From a virus, in the UHGV virus genome UHGV-0235795: 37,388 bases of DNA, one strand, 5' to 3'. Positions within the stretch are counted from its first letter, which is position 1. Each line of letters starts with the position of its first letter. Positions 36,314 to 37,388 of this stretch are shown here, piece by piece. The position numbers and the translations under genes were made by a program. The notes beneath the pieces are model-generated. The model did not search any database. It saw only the letters and a list, made by a program, of their open reading frames with translations, and was not told the DNA's origin.

Positions 36314-36805
36314 TTACGCATTTTTAAACTTGTACTCCATCAGATCGGCAAGCATAAGGTACTCCTTCCCCATCTTGCTTTCTTTGTGAGTTTCCTTAAC
36401 TTTTTCCCTAAACTCTTCAAGCGTTCCGCAGAAGCATCCGCATCGAACGCCAATTCCTCCGTCTTGCAGCCTGAAAAAAGTAGTGGTCCTATACTCTCGA
36501 CCAAATCCTTTTGCCGCAGCGTAATCATTCTCTCCGCTTACCCTTGCATCTCCGCTTACCCGTGCATCTCCGCTTACCCTTGCATTTCCGTATACCCTTG
36601 CATTTCCGTATACCCATGCATTTCCGTATACCCGTGCATTTCCGCTTACCCATGCCTCTCCGCTATGGTCGAGATTATCTTCTTTTTCCACGTATCCACC
36701 AAGATCGCCCTCTTCCACGTCTGAAAAGCTTTTCAAAGCCTTGATCCGGTGGAGTATTCTGCCACCTACCGTAATAGTGTCATCTGTTAATTCATATTTT
36801 TTCAT
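36314..36805 (-). CDS. Hexapeptide-repeat (beta-helix-like) phage protein
   Basis: ATG 36805 after GGAGAGGAG RBS; MKKYELTDDTITVGGRILHRIKALKSF... then seven consecutive xVxGNA/xVSGDA hexapeptides encoded by 18-bp tandem DNA repeats. Confidence 0.55.
   Translation of the reverse strand: MKKYELTDDTITVGGRILHRIKALKSFSDVEEGDLGGYVEKEDNLDHSGEAWVSGNARVYGNAWVYGNARVYGNARVSGDARVSGDARVSGENDYAAAKGFGREYRTTTFFRLQDGGIGVRCGCFCGTLEEFREKVKETHKESKMGKEYLMLADLMEYKFKNA
36531..36656. repeat. Seven tandem 18-bp repeats (TCTCCGCTTACCCTTGCA and variants)
   Basis: Seen directly; in-frame within the hexapeptide-repeat CDS. Confidence 0.8.
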
Positions 36806-36821
36806 TTTTCTTCTCCTCTCC

Positions 36822-36983
36822 TTATATCTGCCCGAAAGCCACACAGCAGACCATTAATGCCACTGAAAAGCCGATCACGAACCAAAAGGCTTTCTCTACG
36901 ACCTTATCGTATGTATCCGGCTGTCTTACCGGTCCTTTTGTCTGCTTTCTCTTCCTGATCTGAATCACCTTTAACTGCTCCAC
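36822..36983 (-). CDS. Small membrane protein (53 aa), not in ORF track
   Basis: GTG 36983 after AAAGGAGGTGAGAAAC RBS; C-terminal hydrophobic helix AFWFVIGFSVALMVCCVAFGQI; an overlapping alternative 54-aa Cys-rich ORF from ATG 37053 exists. Confidence 0.3.
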   Translation of the reverse strand: MEQLKVIQIRKRKQTKGPVRQPDTYDKVVEKAFWFVIGFSVALMVCCVAFGQI

Positions 36984-37064
36984 GTTTCTCACCTCCTTTA
37001 AATGATGTGCAGATACCTCTGTGCCGTTCCATGCAGTATCTGATTTTTCTGCAGTCTTTGCAGG

Positions 37065-37313
37065 TCATATGACCTCCCTCCCTATTCGTTCTTTTTCCTC
37101 TTCTGGAATCTTAAGGACTTTCAGGATCTCTCTTAGCTCACCCAGTCTAATGTCTTCCGGCACGCTGAACCTTTGGTACAGTGTGCTTTTCGGGATTCCT
37201 GTCAGCTTGGAAAGCTTCTCCACGCTGACCCCCTCCATCACCTTTCCTGACTGGATGATGGCGATCAGCGTCCTGTTCTGTCGCTCCCGGTCTGAGAGCT
37301 TTAATTTCGGCAT
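37065..37313 (-). CDS. Small HTH DNA-binding regulator
   Basis: VSVEKLSKLTGIPKSTLYQRFS helix-turn-helix; GAGGTGA RBS upstream. Confidence 0.5.
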   Translation of the reverse strand: MPKLKLSDRERQNRTLIAIIQSGKVMEGVSVEKLSKLTGIPKSTLYQRFSVPEDIRLGELREILKVLKIPEEEKERIGREVI

Positions 37314-37388
37314 TCTGCATCACCTCGTTTTCTTAAACTCTTCGGTAGAAATAGCACTGTCTTTTACACTAACCTCCACCGTTTTGGG

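Larger units (their letters stand above)
1..37388 (-). mobile_element. Temperate siphovirus-like phage genome (complete or nearly so), probably in circular/attP configuration
   Basis: Full head-tail-lysis gene set plus integrase, CI/Cro-like switch, attP-like region with tRNA 3' fragment, replication and recombination modules; all calls from motif recognition in translated ORFs. Confidence 0.85.

Noticed and set aside
36531-36656. Possible CRISPR array, because of regular short repeats
   Set aside because: The repeats are contiguous 18-bp tandem units with no spacers. They lie in-frame inside a CDS and encode a hexapeptide repeat.

Overview
The window reads as a nearly complete temperate siphovirus-type phage genome of about 37 kb from a Firmicutes (Clostridia-like) host. 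About 31 kb is one minus-strand transcription unit running from early genes at the right end to the lysis cassette at the left:

- An HTH regulator and a hexapeptide-repeat protein.
- A recombination module: a Rad52/Sak-like annealing protein, a NinB-like protein and an Hjc-like resolvase.
- A DnaD-like replisome organizer with internal iterons, then an orphan C5-MTase and a Lar anti-restriction protein.
- A late activator (ArpU), TerS and TerL, the portal, and a MuF protein with a C-terminal putative toxin domain followed by a small possible immunity gene.
- A Prp protease, scaffold, capsid and head-tail joining proteins.
- The major tail protein, two tail-assembly chaperones, the tape measure, Dit, a Tal-like protein and a tail fiber.
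- A holin and a GH25-CW_7-LysM endolysin.

The plus strand carries the lysogeny module: an XRE-family CI-like repressor with an ImmA/IrrE protease, a DUF4041/T5orf172 (GIY-YIG-like) moron, a HicAB toxin-antitoxin pair and a tyrosine integrase. The integrase sits next to an attP-like region that contains a tRNA 3'-end fragment and four copies of ATGCAACACG. A divergent Cro-like gene and an operator-rich switch region lie at the left end.

Having the integrase and the endolysin adjacent across the att core implies the circular or excised phage form, not an integrated prophage; the excised form fits this best. The main candidates for something new are the DUF4041-T5orf172 protein plus HicAB sitting between the integrase and the repressor (a likely defence or exclusion cargo), the MuF-fused polymorphic toxin with its immunity gene, and a phage-encoded Prp with L27-like leader peptides on three structural proteins.

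All calls come from reading the sequence by eye. No searches were run.
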